Below, in pieces: positions 32,888-41,805 of a stretch of DNA of 64,000 nucleotides; positions within the stretch are counted from its first letter, which is position 1; each line of letters opens with the position of its first letter. A model generated the notes under the pieces. That model made no database searches. It was not told the origin of the DNA and was given only the letters and a program-made list of their open reading frames with translations. The translations under genes were made by a program, and so were the position numbers. Source of the DNA: an uncultured Acidobacteriaceae bacterium (GTDB lineage: Bacteria > Acidobacteriota > Terriglobia > Terriglobales > Acidobacteriaceae); contig CAWDPB010000095.1 of assembly GCA_963804075.1 (NCBI GenBank), positions 17,379 through 81,378 of the forward strand, written 5' to 3'.

Positions 32888-33943
32888 TTAATTCAGGAAA
32901 TACTGCCGGTAGAGCGTATCGCGCTGTGCCGGCCGGAAGCCTGCATCGCGAATAATGCGCCGCAGCTCTTCTTCCGTCGTGCAGTTGGTCACGCCCGCCG
33001 CGCGCACCACATTTTCTTCGAGCATGACCGATCCCACGTCGTTGCCGCCGAAGCGCAGGCCCATCTGGCAGACTTTCAATCCCTGAGTCACCCAACTCGA
33101 TTGCACGTTGAGAATATTGGAAAGATAAAGCCTCGAGATCGCCAGCACTTTCAGATATTCGACTGCGGTCGCTTCATCCCATTTGCGCCCGCCGAGTGCG
33201 GTGTTCGCGGGCTGAAAGCTCCACGGAATGAACGCGGTGAAGCCGCCCGTCTCCTCCTGCAAACGGTAGACGGCGTCGAAGTGATTGATGCGATGCTCGT
33301 AGCTTTCTCCCACGCCGAACATCATAGTCGCGGTCGTTCGCATTCCCAGTTGGTGCGCGGTGCGATGCACGAGCAGCCAGTCCTCGGTGAGGCACTTCAG
33401 CCGCGCAACTCTGTGGCGCACTTCGTCGTCAAGAATTTCAGCTCCGCCGCCCGGTATGGAATCGAGGCCCGCATCGCGCAGGCGCGCGATCGTATCGTAG
33501 ACGCTCAGGCCGCTGTATTCGGCGATGGCCAAAATCTCGGATGCCGAATAACAATGGAGATGGATTTTCGGGAAGCGCTCCTTGATGCCGCTCAGCATCC
33601 TTTCGTGCCAGTCGATCTTCAGATCGGGATGCAGGCCGCCCTGCATGAGCACGCCTGTTCCGCCGAGTTCAACCGTCTCGCGAATCTTCTCGTAGATTGT
33701 GTCGAAATCGAGGATGTAGCCTTCTTGGGATGACGGTCCCTTGAGCGGCCGGTAGAACGCGCAGAAGGTGCAATATTCCGTGCAGAAATTCGTGTAGTTG
33801 ATATTGCGGTCGATGATGTATGTCACGGTGCCTTCGGGATGCAGGCGGCGGCGAACCGCGTCGGCCTCCATCCCGATGCCGATCAGGTCGTCGGACTGAA
33901 ACATTTCCAGCGCTTGTTGCTTGGTCAGGGCCATCCTCGTCAC
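32888..33943 (-). CDS. mqnC: Radical-SAM futalosine-pathway enzyme, most like cyclic dehypoxanthinyl futalosine synthase MqnC (MqnE not excluded)
   Basis: IIDRNINYTNFCTEYCTFCAFYRP is a CxxxCxxC radical-SAM cluster in the CofH/MqnC/MqnE context. 351 aa, intact. Confidence 0.75.
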   Translation of the reverse strand: MTRMALTKQQALEMFQSDDLIGIGMEADAVRRRLHPEGTVTYIIDRNINYTNFCTEYCTFCAFYRPLKGPSSQEGYILDFDTIYEKIRETVELGGTGVLMQGGLHPDLKIDWHERMLSGIKERFPKIHLHCYSASEILAIAEYSGLSVYDTIARLRDAGLDSIPGGGAEILDDEVRHRVARLKCLTEDWLLVHRTAHQLGMRTTATMMFGVGESYEHRINHFDAVYRLQEETGGFTAFIPWSFQPANTALGGRKWDEATAVEYLKVLAISRLYLSNILNVQSSWVTQGLKVCQMGLRFGGNDVGSVMLEENVVRAAGVTNCTTEEELRRIIRDAGFRPAQRDTLYRQYFLN

Positions 33944-33978
33944 TCCAGAGTAATGTGCATTTTAACGGAAAATTGACG

Positions 33979-34006
33979 CTGCCAGCTTTCAGCCGTCAGC
34001 TGTCAG
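33979..34006. repeat. Solo heptanucleotide array (CNNNCAG x4)
   Basis: CTGCCAG CTTTCAG CCGTCAG CTGTCAG. Its variable triplets (TTT, CGT, TGT) are also used by the array at 37213-37240. Confidence 0.55.
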
Positions 34007-34041
34007 CCAAAAACTGGCGCACTCGCCTTCACGGAAAATCT

Positions 34042-34066
34042 CAGGTCTCGAAAATCGCGAGACTGG
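34042..34066. repeat. REP-like hairpin (A-rich-loop family), copy A of an inverted pair
   Basis: CAGGTCTCGAAAATCGCGAGACTGG. Its near-identical reverse complement lies at 34177-34201. Confidence 0.55.
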
Positions 34067-34176
34067 GTCCCGGCCATCCCTTTCCCTGTCAAACCTCTCG
34101 TCCAATGGGCGGTAGATATTAGCTATGTATATGAATACGCGATAATTATTAACACTTTAGTCCCTCCTTTGTGCCT

Positions 34177-34201
34177 CAAGTCTCGCGGCTTTCGAGACCT
34201 G
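34177..34201. repeat. REP-like hairpin (A-rich-loop family), copy B (inverted)
   Basis: CAAGTCTCGCGGCTTTCGAGACCTG is the reverse complement of CAGGTCTCGAAAGCCGCGAGACTTG. It overlaps the 5' end of ORF 34171.., which argues for a later start for that gene. Confidence 0.55.
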
Positions 34202-34269
34202 CCGCAACCTGCGGCCATTCCCTAGACTACGGGGACACGAAACTACAACTCGTTTCAACGGAGCCAGCG

Positions 34270-35094
34270 TTGTCCCAGCAAACAATCCTGATGTGCGCGC
34301 CCGACCATTTTGGCATTGATTACGTCATCAATCCCTGGATGGACGGCAACCTCGGTAAGTCCGACCACGGGTTGGCATTGGAGCAGTGGTCCGGCCTTAA
34401 ACGCGCGATCGAGGAGCACGCCGATGTAGTTCTCATTCCACCGCAGCCCGGTCTTCCCGACCAGGTGTTTACCGCCAATGCCGGAATGGTCCTAAAGGAA
34501 AAAGTAGTGGTCAGCCGCTTCAGATCGCCCGAGCGTCAGGGCGAAGAGCCTTTCTTCCGCGAATGGTTCGCGAAGCAAAATTTCGACATCGCCGCGTGGC
34601 CGCCGGATATACCGTTCGAGGGCGCAGGCGACGCGCTGCTTGATCGCGGCCAGCCGATCCTTTGGGCTGGCCACGGTTTCCGTTCCGGCCAAACTACGCC
34701 AAGACTGCTGGAAAGAACCTTCCACCGGCGGGCGATTGGACTCCAATTGGTTAACCCGCGCTTCTATCATCTCGATACTTGCTTCTGTCCGTTGGAAGAG
34801 GGATATCTAATGTACTTCCCGGCGGCATTCGACAACGACGGACAAAAGGCGATCGCCGAAATTGTGCCCGCCGAAAAACGAATTGAGGTGGATACATTGG
34901 ACGCGGAGCAATTTTGCTGTAATGCGGTCGATCTTAACCGCCAGGTGTTTATGAATGGCGCTTCCGAATCGCTGAAGGCGCGGCTACGGCAGGCGGGGTT
35001 TACCCCGGTTATCACACCACTGTCGGAGTTCATGAAAGCCGGGGGCGCGGCCAAGTGTTTGACACTGAAGTTGAGGGAAGAGCAGGATTGCTAG
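34270..35094 (+). CDS. Amidinotransferase / dimethylarginine dimethylaminohydrolase-like (guanidino-group modifying fold) protein
   Basis: ILMCAPDHFGIDYVINPWM, VFTANAG, FEGAGDAL, FYHLDTCFCPL and C-terminal GGAAKCLTLKL (catalytic Cys context). The start is TTG 34270 (GGAG 7 nt upstream) or ATG 34291. Confidence 0.7.
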   Translation: MSQQTILMCAPDHFGIDYVINPWMDGNLGKSDHGLALEQWSGLKRAIEEHADVVLIPPQPGLPDQVFTANAGMVLKEKVVVSRFRSPERQGEEPFFREWFAKQNFDIAAWPPDIPFEGAGDALLDRGQPILWAGHGFRSGQTTPRLLERTFHRRAIGLQLVNPRFYHLDTCFCPLEEGYLMYFPAAFDNDGQKAIAEIVPAEKRIEVDTLDAEQFCCNAVDLNRQVFMNGASESLKARLRQAGFTPVITPLSEFMKAGGAAKCLTLKLREEQDC

Positions 35095-35102
35095 ACGCTA
35101 TC

Positions 35103-35971
35103 TCACAACCTGCTTTGGCGTAGGCGCGGCTCATGTTCTGTCGAATCGAGGTCCTTTTCCAGGAAGTGCAGTGTCGGCGCTGGCGGAAGCGCACCCACTT
35201 CCTCTCCGTAGCGATAAAACAGAGCCAGCCCTTCCAGGCATGGCGGATCGAGATAGTAGTGGATATGGCGCACCAGATAGGTGCGAATCAGTTCAACCGA
35301 TAGATTCAGCCGTTGCGACCAATCTTGCGCGAGTGGTTTCGAGATTCTCGGGCCGAATGCCATGGTCCCGCGAGTTTCTGAAGACATCGGCGATTCGCTG
35401 CAAATCATGCCCAGCCAGTGAGTCCCGCCGCGCTGCCCAGAACGCGAATACAAAAGATTTTCCCGTCCGCGCAATCCACTCTTCAGCCAGATCGAGTGCC
35501 TGGTACTTTGTGCGATCAACCTGGAGCGCGCGATCTCCGATCAGCAGCGCCGCGTCGCAACTGGCGAGCATTTCGTCAAGGTTCGGCGTCATCGGTGAAT
35601 AGGTGCGCGCTCCGCCTAGCCATTTGGCAAAAACAATCTTGGTCAGCGCCACGGAGGTCATCGAAGAAGTATCGAGGGCAACACTGCGCGCCCCGTTCGA
35701 TCGGCGATTTACTGACCAGCAAAATCGACCGCACGGGCCGCCGCGCCGCGATGGCAACATCGGGAATGATGGCTAGATTTGGGATTGTTGTGTAAGCGGC
35801 AGCGGGAATAATCCCGATATCGGCCGTGCCATCGCTCAGCGCGCGCGCGCAGGCCGAAGGAAATGTGTACGAAATATCGAAGTCTCCGCCGGCCTTCCCA
35901 TGCTCGAAATCCCACATCAAAGGAGCGGTGTTGAGATACGAGATGGCCGAAATCCTTAGCCTGCTCATCAC
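35103..35971 (-). CDS. mqnA: Chorismate dehydratase (futalosine pathway MqnA), two frame disruptions
   Basis: MSRLRISAISYLNTAPLMWDFEHG is the MqnA N-terminal signature. It continues through ORFs 35576..35971, 35293..35760 and 35103..35519. Confidence 0.8.
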
Positions 35972-36045
35972 TTTGCGAATTCTACCAAATATGGTGTGCG
36001 CTCCATCATTGACGCGCGGCTGGGGGACGGCTAGCGTCGTCGATT

Positions 36046-37212
36046 ATGTCAACCACCGCCGCAGCCGAGGCGAACACTGCCTCTCGCGATTCTAGATTAT
36101 GGCTTGCGCTCGCGCTCACCGAAGGATTGGGAGCGTCGCGAATACGAAAACTGGTCGAGCACTTCGGCGCGGTCGCGCGCATCTTCCAGGCCAGCCTCAC
36201 CGAGTTGGAAGCGAGCGGGATGAGGGCCGTCTCCGCGCAGGCGATTGCCAGCGGAAAATCGCAAGAGCTTGCCGAGGATGAACTGACCAAAGCGATTCAA
36301 GCAAAGGCCCGTATCATTTCACTGAGCGATCCCGAATATCCGCCGCGTTTAAAAGAAATTTACGATCCGCCAGTCATTCTATTTGTGAAGGGAAGCGTTG
36401 AATTGCTGTCGCAGCCTGGAATTGCGGTGGTGGGCACTCGCCATCCGACTCCGTACGGTACCGGCATGGCTGAAAGGCTAGCCACCGACCTCGCGGCGCG
36501 TGGGTTGGCGATCATTAGCGGCCTGGCACGCGGTGTCGATACGGCATCGCATCGAGGCGCCGTCGCTGCAAAGAAAAAAACCATCGCTGTCTTGGGGACT
36601 GGCATCGACGTCGTGTATCCCAAGGAGAACACGCGCTTGGCCGAACAGATTCTCGCGCTCGGCGGCACGTTGATCTCGGAATTTCCCACGGGAACGCCTC
36701 CGACGCCGCAAAACTTTCCCATCCGCAACCGGATTATCAGCGGCATGTCAGTCGGTGTGCTCGTTGTAGAGGCGGCCGAATACAGCGGAACGCGCATCAC
36801 CTCACGCTGCGCGCTGGAACAGAACCGCGACGTTTTTGCAGTGCCCGGAAACGTCACAAATAAAAATTCTTGGGGACCAAACACGCTGATCAAGCAGGGC
36901 GCCAAGCTTGTAGCCACATGGGAGGACGTTTGGGAAGACCTGCCGGCCGAGGTTCAAATGGCGCTCAACGCGGGGCGAGATGAATCTGCCGAGCCGGCAA
37001 ACGCATCTCTATTCCCGGATGAAGTTCGGTCGCCTCACGAAAAAAAGATCCTGAAGCTGCTGAAGCCCGACCAGTCGACGCAGATCGACGAACTCATGGA
37101 AATGCTGGAAAACGAAATGTCCTCCTCCGAAATCTTCGCCGCCCTGTTCGAGCTGGAGCTGAATGGCAAGATACGCCAGCTGCCGGGGAAGAATTTTGTG
37201 AAGGCATTCTAG
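36046..37212 (+). CDS. dprA: DNA-processing protein DprA
   Basis: GIAVVGTRHPTPYGTGMAERLATDLAARGLAIISGLARGVDTASHRGAV, plus a C-terminal winged-helix-like tail. Intact. Confidence 0.92.
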   Translation: MSTTAAAEANTASRDSRLWLALALTEGLGASRIRKLVEHFGAVARIFQASLTELEASGMRAVSAQAIASGKSQELAEDELTKAIQAKARIISLSDPEYPPRLKEIYDPPVILFVKGSVELLSQPGIAVVGTRHPTPYGTGMAERLATDLAARGLAIISGLARGVDTASHRGAVAAKKKTIAVLGTGIDVVYPKENTRLAEQILALGGTLISEFPTGTPPTPQNFPIRNRIISGMSVGVLVVEAAEYSGTRITSRCALEQNRDVFAVPGNVTNKNSWGPNTLIKQGAKLVATWEDVWEDLPAEVQMALNAGRDESAEPANASLFPDEVRSPHEKKILKLLKPDQSTQIDELMEMLENEMSSSEIFAALFELELNGKIRQLPGKNFVKAF

Positions 37213-37240
37213 TTTTCAGTTGTCAGTCGTCAGTTTTCAG
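37213..37240. repeat. Upstream heptanucleotide array of the four-helix-bundle cassette
   Basis: TTTTCAG TTGTCAG TCGTCAG TTTTCAG starts right after the dprA stop codon TAG (37210-37212). A degenerate tail, TAACCG CTTTCAG TAACCC, follows. Confidence 0.75.
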
Positions 37241-37272
37241 TAACCGCTTTCAGTAACCCTGGGAGGTGAACC

Positions 37273-37632
37273 ATGCAGGATTTCCGCAGCCTTCGGGTTT
37301 GGGAGAAATCCACCATCTCACTTTGGAGATTTACTCGTGCAGCAAAGCGTTTCATCGAGAGGAAGTCTACGGCTTGACGAGCCAGATGCGCCGCCCTTCA
37401 GCATCAATCGGAATGAATATCGCTGAAGGATGCGGCAGAAAAGCCAGTGCAGAGATGGGGCGGTTTCTGCAAGGTCGCGATGGGGTCGGCCGGCAAGCTT
37501 GAATATCAGCTTCTGCTCACTCGCGACCTCAACTACATGGAGGAAGCTAAGTATGAAAGGCTTAAAACGCCAGCTATTGAGGTAAAGCGTATGCTTTCGT
37601 CCCTGATGCAGAAAGTGAGGGCGGTTAACTGA
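37273..37632 (+). CDS. Four-helix-bundle protein (23S rRNA intervening-sequence protein / Avd-like family), two frame disruptions
   Basis: GGGAGG plus ATG 37273 gives MQDFRSLRVWEKS. It continues as HHLTLEIYSCSKAFHREEVYGLTSQMRRPSASIGMNIAEGCGRK (ORF 37266..37502), then AMGSAGKLEYQLLLTRDLNYMEEAKYERLKTPAIEVKRMLSSLMQK (ORF 37447..37632). Confidence 0.8.
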
Positions 37633-37657
37633 AAACTGACAACTGACGACTGAGAAC
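37630..37657. repeat. Downstream heptanucleotide array of the cassette (inverted partner)
   Basis: TGAAAAC TGACAAC TGACGAC TGAGAAC. The first TGA is the ORF stop codon. The reverse complement matches 37212-37239 at 25 of 28 positions. Confidence 0.75.
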
Positions 37658-37719
37658 GGTTGTTGCATCGCCTGCATTCGTGCTAGCTTCAAATCCAATA
37701 CCGCCAAACTGAGGAACCA

Positions 37720-40248
37720 TTGTCCAAAGGTCTAGTCATCGTCGAATCGCCCGCTAAGGCGAAAACAATCCAGAAATATCTGGGCAAGGACTTCACGGTC
37801 GATGCCTCGTTCGGACACGTGAAAGACCTGCCCAAGAGCAGTCTCGGTGTCGATGTCGAGGACGACTTCAGCACCGAGTACGTTGTCATTCCCGGCAAGG
37901 AAAAGGTCCTCGCCAAGCTGAAGAAGCTCGCGCTCGCGGCCGACACCATCTATCTCGCGCCCGATCCGGATCGCGAAGGCGAAGCCATCGCTGCCCATCT
38001 TGCCGATGAGCTCGGGGACGAAGGCAAGAAGAAGAAAGGCTCGAAAAAGACCAAGAAGGATGATGGCGATGGCGATCGCATCCGCCGCGTCACCTTCAAC
38101 GAAATTACACAGCGCGCGGTTAAGGCGGCCTTCGAGCATCCACGCGACATCGACCGTAACCTCGTCGATGCGCAGCAGGCTCGGCGTGTGCTCGATCGGC
38201 TGGTCGGATACCAGGTGTCTCCGCTTCTGTGGGACAAAGTGCGCCGCGGTCTTTCTGCCGGACGTGTGCAAACTGTCGCCTTGCGCTTGATCGTCGACCG
38301 CGAACGTGAAATTAAGGCGTTCGAGAAGAAAGAATATTGGACGATTGACGCCAATCTCACTGGCAGCAAGCCGCCTGCATTCGATGCCCGCTTCGTCGGT
38401 CGAGGCGATGAGAGGGTCGAAGTCACGAACGGTGAGGACGCCGAGAAAATCCGCCTGGCGCTCGAAAATGCCGACTGGCAGGTTCGTTCGGTTGAAAAGA
38501 AAGAGCGTCGCCGCAACGCGACTCCTCCATTTACCACCAGCAAGCTCCAGCAGGATTCCTCGCGCAAGCTGCGTTTCAGCGTGAAGCGCACTATGATGAT
38601 CGCGCAGCGCCTGTATGAAGGCGTCGAGCTCGGCGAAGAAGGCCTGGTCGGCCTGATCACGTACATGCGTACCGATTCCACCCGCGTGGCGCCCGAGGCC
38701 ATCGCCGAGGTGCGCGAATACATCACCAGCGAATATGGCGCCCAGTACCTGCCGCAGTCTCCCAACACATATAAGGAGAAGAAGGAAGCGCAGGCCGCGC
38801 ACGAGGCCATCCGTCCGACCTCCGCGATGCGTCATCCCGATCAGGTCAAACAGTATCTGCAGGAAGACGAATTCAAGGTCTACAAGCTTATCTGGCAGCG
38901 CTTCATCGCCTCGCAGATGAATCCTGCGGTCTTCGATCAGACGACGGTGGATATCGACGCGAAGTCGGCCAACGAGACTTTCTGGTTCCGCGTGACCGGT
39001 TCGGTCATGAAGTTCGACGGCTTCCTTAAAGTCTATGAGGAGTCGAAAGACGCAAAGGACGACGAAGACGAGGAGCTGAAACATAAACTCCCCGCTCTCG
39101 AAGCGGGACAGAAACTCACGCTGAAGTCGCTGAATCCCGAGCAGCATTTCACCGAGCCACCTCCCCGCTACAACGAAGCTTCGCTGGTGAAAGAGCTGGA
39201 AGAGCGCGGCATTGGCCGCCCGTCCACCTATGCGACGATTCTAAGCACAATTCAGGAGCGCCAGTACGCCCAGAAAATCGGTGGCAAATTTACTCCGACC
39301 GAAATTGGTCTGGTTGTTACCGACTTGCTGGTCGAAAACTTCAAGGACATTTTCGACTTCCAGTACACGGCGAAGTTGGAAGAAGAACTCGACGAGATCG
39401 AAGAAGGCAAAGAAAAATGGACCGACGCGCTCGCCGAGTTCTATAAGAAGTTCGCCAAGGATCTCAAATACGCTGAGAAGCACATGGAAAACATCAAGCG
39501 TATGGAGAAGCCCACGGACGAGAAGTGCGAGCGCTGCGGCGCACCCCTCGTCATCAAATGGGGCAAGCACGGCTCGTTTTACGCTTGCAGTACCTACGAC
39601 AAAGAGAATCCTGAGAGTTGCACCTTCACCAAGGAAAACCCGATCAATCTGCCGGATCTCGATTCGGCGGACATGCAGGAGACCGCGCAGGAAGAATATT
39701 GCGAAAACTGCGGCCGGGTCATGGTCCTCAAGCGCGGACGCTTCGGGCAGTTTATGGCCTGCACCGGCTATCCCGATTGCAAGACCACGCGTCGGCTCGA
39801 TCAGGGCAAGAAGGTTCCAGATATTCCGCTCGACGAAACCTGCCCGTTGTGCAAGCGCAATCTGATTCTGCGCCATGGCCGTTACGGGGAATTCACTTCG
39901 TGCAGCGGCTATCCCGATTGCAAATACGTGAAACAGAATTTCATCGGCGTAAAGTGCCCCTCTGCAAAGACGGCGAACTGGTCGAAAAGCGCGCACGCAA
40001 GGGCAACACGTTCTAGGATGCTCAAATTATCCCAAGTGCAAGTTCACGTCCGCCACGAAGCCGCTCGCGGAGAAGTGTCCGTCTGCGGACATGAGTACCT
40101 TGTCGAGCGCATGCGCAAGGAAGGAACTGTCATCGCATGCCCTGAGAAGGTATGCGACGCACGAGCGCGCGGTGGAAGGCTCGGCGGAAGTAGCCGGAAA
40201 ATCCGTCTGAGATGGGCGCAAGGTCTGCACGAGTTCCAAGCGTACTGA
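37720..40248 (+). CDS. topA: DNA topoisomerase I, at least three clustered frame disruptions in the zinc-finger tail
   Basis: TTG start followed by LVIVESPAKAKTIQKYLGKDFTVDASFGHVKDLP (Toprim). The catalytic core is intact. C-terminal CxxC zinc ribbons follow. Between ~39955 and 40090 the sequence KCPLCKDGELVEKRARKGNTF / GCSNYPKCKFTSATKPLAEKCPS / CGHEYLVERM is spread over three frames. The true stop is uncertain (40210 or 40248). Confidence 0.93.
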   Translation: MSKGLVIVESPAKAKTIQKYLGKDFTVDASFGHVKDLPKSSLGVDVEDDFSTEYVVIPGKEKVLAKLKKLALAADTIYLAPDPDREGEAIAAHLADELGDEGKKKKGSKKTKKDDGDGDRIRRVTFNEITQRAVKAAFEHPRDIDRNLVDAQQARRVLDRLVGYQVSPLLWDKVRRGLSAGRVQTVALRLIVDREREIKAFEKKEYWTIDANLTGSKPPAFDARFVGRGDERVEVTNGEDAEKIRLALENADWQVRSVEKKERRRNATPPFTTSKLQQDSSRKLRFSVKRTMMIAQRLYEGVELGEEGLVGLITYMRTDSTRVAPEAIAEVREYITSEYGAQYLPQSPNTYKEKKEAQAAHEAIRPTSAMRHPDQVKQYLQEDEFKVYKLIWQRFIASQMNPAVFDQTTVDIDAKSANETFWFRVTGSVMKFDGFLKVYEESKDAKDDEDEELKHKLPALEAGQKLTLKSLNPEQHFTEPPPRYNEASLVKELEERGIGRPSTYATILSTIQERQYAQKIGGKFTPTEIGLVVTDLLVENFKDIFDFQYTAKLEEELDEIEEGKEKWTDALAEFYKKFAKDLKYAEKHMENIKRMEKPTDEKCERCGAPLVIKWGKHGSFYACSTYDKENPESCTFTKENPINLPDLDSADMQETAQEEYCENCGRVMVLKRGRFGQFMACTGYPDCKTTRRLDQGKKVPDIPLDETCPLCKRNLILRHGRYGEFTSCSGYPDCKYVKQNFIGVKCPSAKTANWSKSAHARATRSRMLKLSQVQVHVRHEAARGEVSVCGHEYLVERMRKEGTVIACPEKVCDARARGGRLGGSSRKIRLRWAQGLHEFQAY

Positions 40249-40306
40249 CCGGGGAAACTCAACCGTTGAACAAGAAATTCAATTTAAGAAGTCAGTGAGG
40301 AAAACT

Positions 40307-40769
40307 ATGGCAAAAAAGGCAACGGCACACGATGCTGGTGTGATTCTGCAACTCTACGATCTTCGCCGCGAAGCGGAAATGCGCAAAGCCAGACATTGGT
40401 TCGTAGTGGACTTCTGGCCGCAGAGCGCCGACGAAATTTTGAAAATTGCCAGCGCGCTTGGCACTCAGGAGAACAACTGGCTGCGCCAGGTGGGCAGCTA
40501 CTGGGATATGGCGGCTGCCTTGGTATTGCAGGGCGCCGTGCACGAAGAACTTTTTTTGCAGCCCGGCTGCAGCGGGGGAAATGTTCTTCATCTTCGCCAA
40601 GGTTCAGCCCTTCCTGAAGGAAATGCGCCTGAAGATGAATAATCCCGATGCCTGGATGAACATCGAGAAGGTTGCCACCGGATCGAAGCTGGCGCGCAAA
40701 CGTTTTGAGCGCACGTCCGCGACGGTAGCAACGCGGCGCAAACAATTCGTAAAAGGAGCGGGGCGATAA
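40307..40769 (+). CDS. Hypothetical protein, one frame disruption
   Basis: GAGG plus ATG 40307 gives MAKKATAHDAGVILQLYDLRREAEMRKARHWFVVDFWPQSADEILK... It continues near 40570 in ORF 40446..40769 (EMFFIFAKVQPFLKEMRLKMNNPDAWMNIEKVATGSKLARKRF). I recognised no family. Confidence 0.5.
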
Positions 40770-40973
40770 CTGGTAACGATGTGTCGAGACGCGTCTCGGG
40801 TATCCCGTGACCGCAAGAAGTCAGCAACCTGCACCACGGGCGCGCTCGGCCCCGCCGCTAGGCCCGCTGCGGTTCGTCGGCGCGCGCATCCGATTTCGCG
40901 GCCTCGATTTCCTTATTTCCACAACTCCTCACTGCGCTCGCGCTCCCTTCTGCTATCCTAACCGGTAGTGCGG

Positions 40974-41132
40974 ATGCTCTGGTGGTTTCTGATTCTTGGA
41001 GTGAGTGCTTCGGTGGTCGCGTCGGTTTCAGTCTTTCTGTACATGATGGTCCGGCGCCAGATGCAGCGGGCAACGGGCCACTCGCCGGAATCGGATTCGC
41101 GGGAGGAACGCTCTTCTCCGCCGGAAGCCTGA
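40974..41132 (+). CDS. Possible 52-aa single-pass membrane protein (below the ORF-track cutoff)
   Basis: ATG 40974 gives MLWWFLILGVSASVVASVSVFLYMMVRRQMQRATGHSPESDSREERSSPPEA, with the stop at 41130-41132. It has a hydrophobic helix followed by a basic then acidic tail. The SD is weak. Confidence 0.3.
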   Translation: MLWWFLILGVSASVVASVSVFLYMMVRRQMQRATGHSPESDSREERSSPPEA

Positions 41133-41154
41133 TGTACCTCAGGAAAGGAAAGCT

Positions 41155-41733
41155 ATGTCGAAAGCAGCGACTCAGTTTGTAACCCAGCAGCCGCACTCCC
41201 TGGAGTGGGCAAGGCAGGCGGCCATTGTCGTCGGAGCGAGCTTGGTTGTCGCGCTGTGCGCCCGCGTAACGGTGCCGCTCCCGTTCACGCCGGTGCCGCT
41301 CACATTGCAGAATTTTGGCGTGCTCGCCGTGGCTCTGATGTTGGGATCGCGCCGCGGATTCGCCGCGCTCGCGCTCTATCTCGCAGAAGGAGCTGCGGGC
41401 CTGCCAGTTTTCAATCCCGCCGGTCCCGGCGGAGTGGCGCAACTTCTCGGCGTGACCGGTGGATTCCTCCTGGCGTATCCGTTCGTGGCCTTTGTTGCCG
41501 GGTGGCTCTACGAGCGCACTTCGCGCCGTTTCGCTTTCGCGGCGCTGGCCGCATTCGCCGGTGAACTCGTTCTTTTTGCCGGAGGCTTAGGGTGGCTTTT
41601 CATGCTCACGCATTCGCTGGCGCAAACGGCGAAGTGGGGCCTCTACTGGTTCGTTTTCGCCGAGGTGATCAAAATTATGATGGCCGCCGCCGTTGCCAGC
41701 CAGTGGAATCGGCGACATGCTCGGCAGCCCTAA
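41155..41733 (+). CDS. bioY: Biotin transporter BioY
   Basis: VPLPFTPVPLTLQNFGVLAVALMLGSRRGFAALALYLAEGAAGLPVF and GGFLLAYPFVAFVAGW match the BioY family pattern. Confidence 0.88.
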   Translation: MSKAATQFVTQQPHSLEWARQAAIVVGASLVVALCARVTVPLPFTPVPLTLQNFGVLAVALMLGSRRGFAALALYLAEGAAGLPVFNPAGPGGVAQLLGVTGGFLLAYPFVAFVAGWLYERTSRRFAFAALAAFAGELVLFAGGLGWLFMLTHSLAQTAKWGLYWFVFAEVIKIMMAAAVASQWNRRHARQP

Positions 41734-41805
41734 ACGCAAAACATTGAGGCAGGCTTAATCAAGCCCGACCCGGAAAAATTGAAATTTTCATACCGAAAGA
41801 AAACC

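Noticed and set aside
37266-37632. Diversity-generating retroelement, because the four-helix-bundle protein is Avd-like.
   Set aside because: There is no reverse transcriptase, no template/variable repeat pair, and no target gene in the vicinity.
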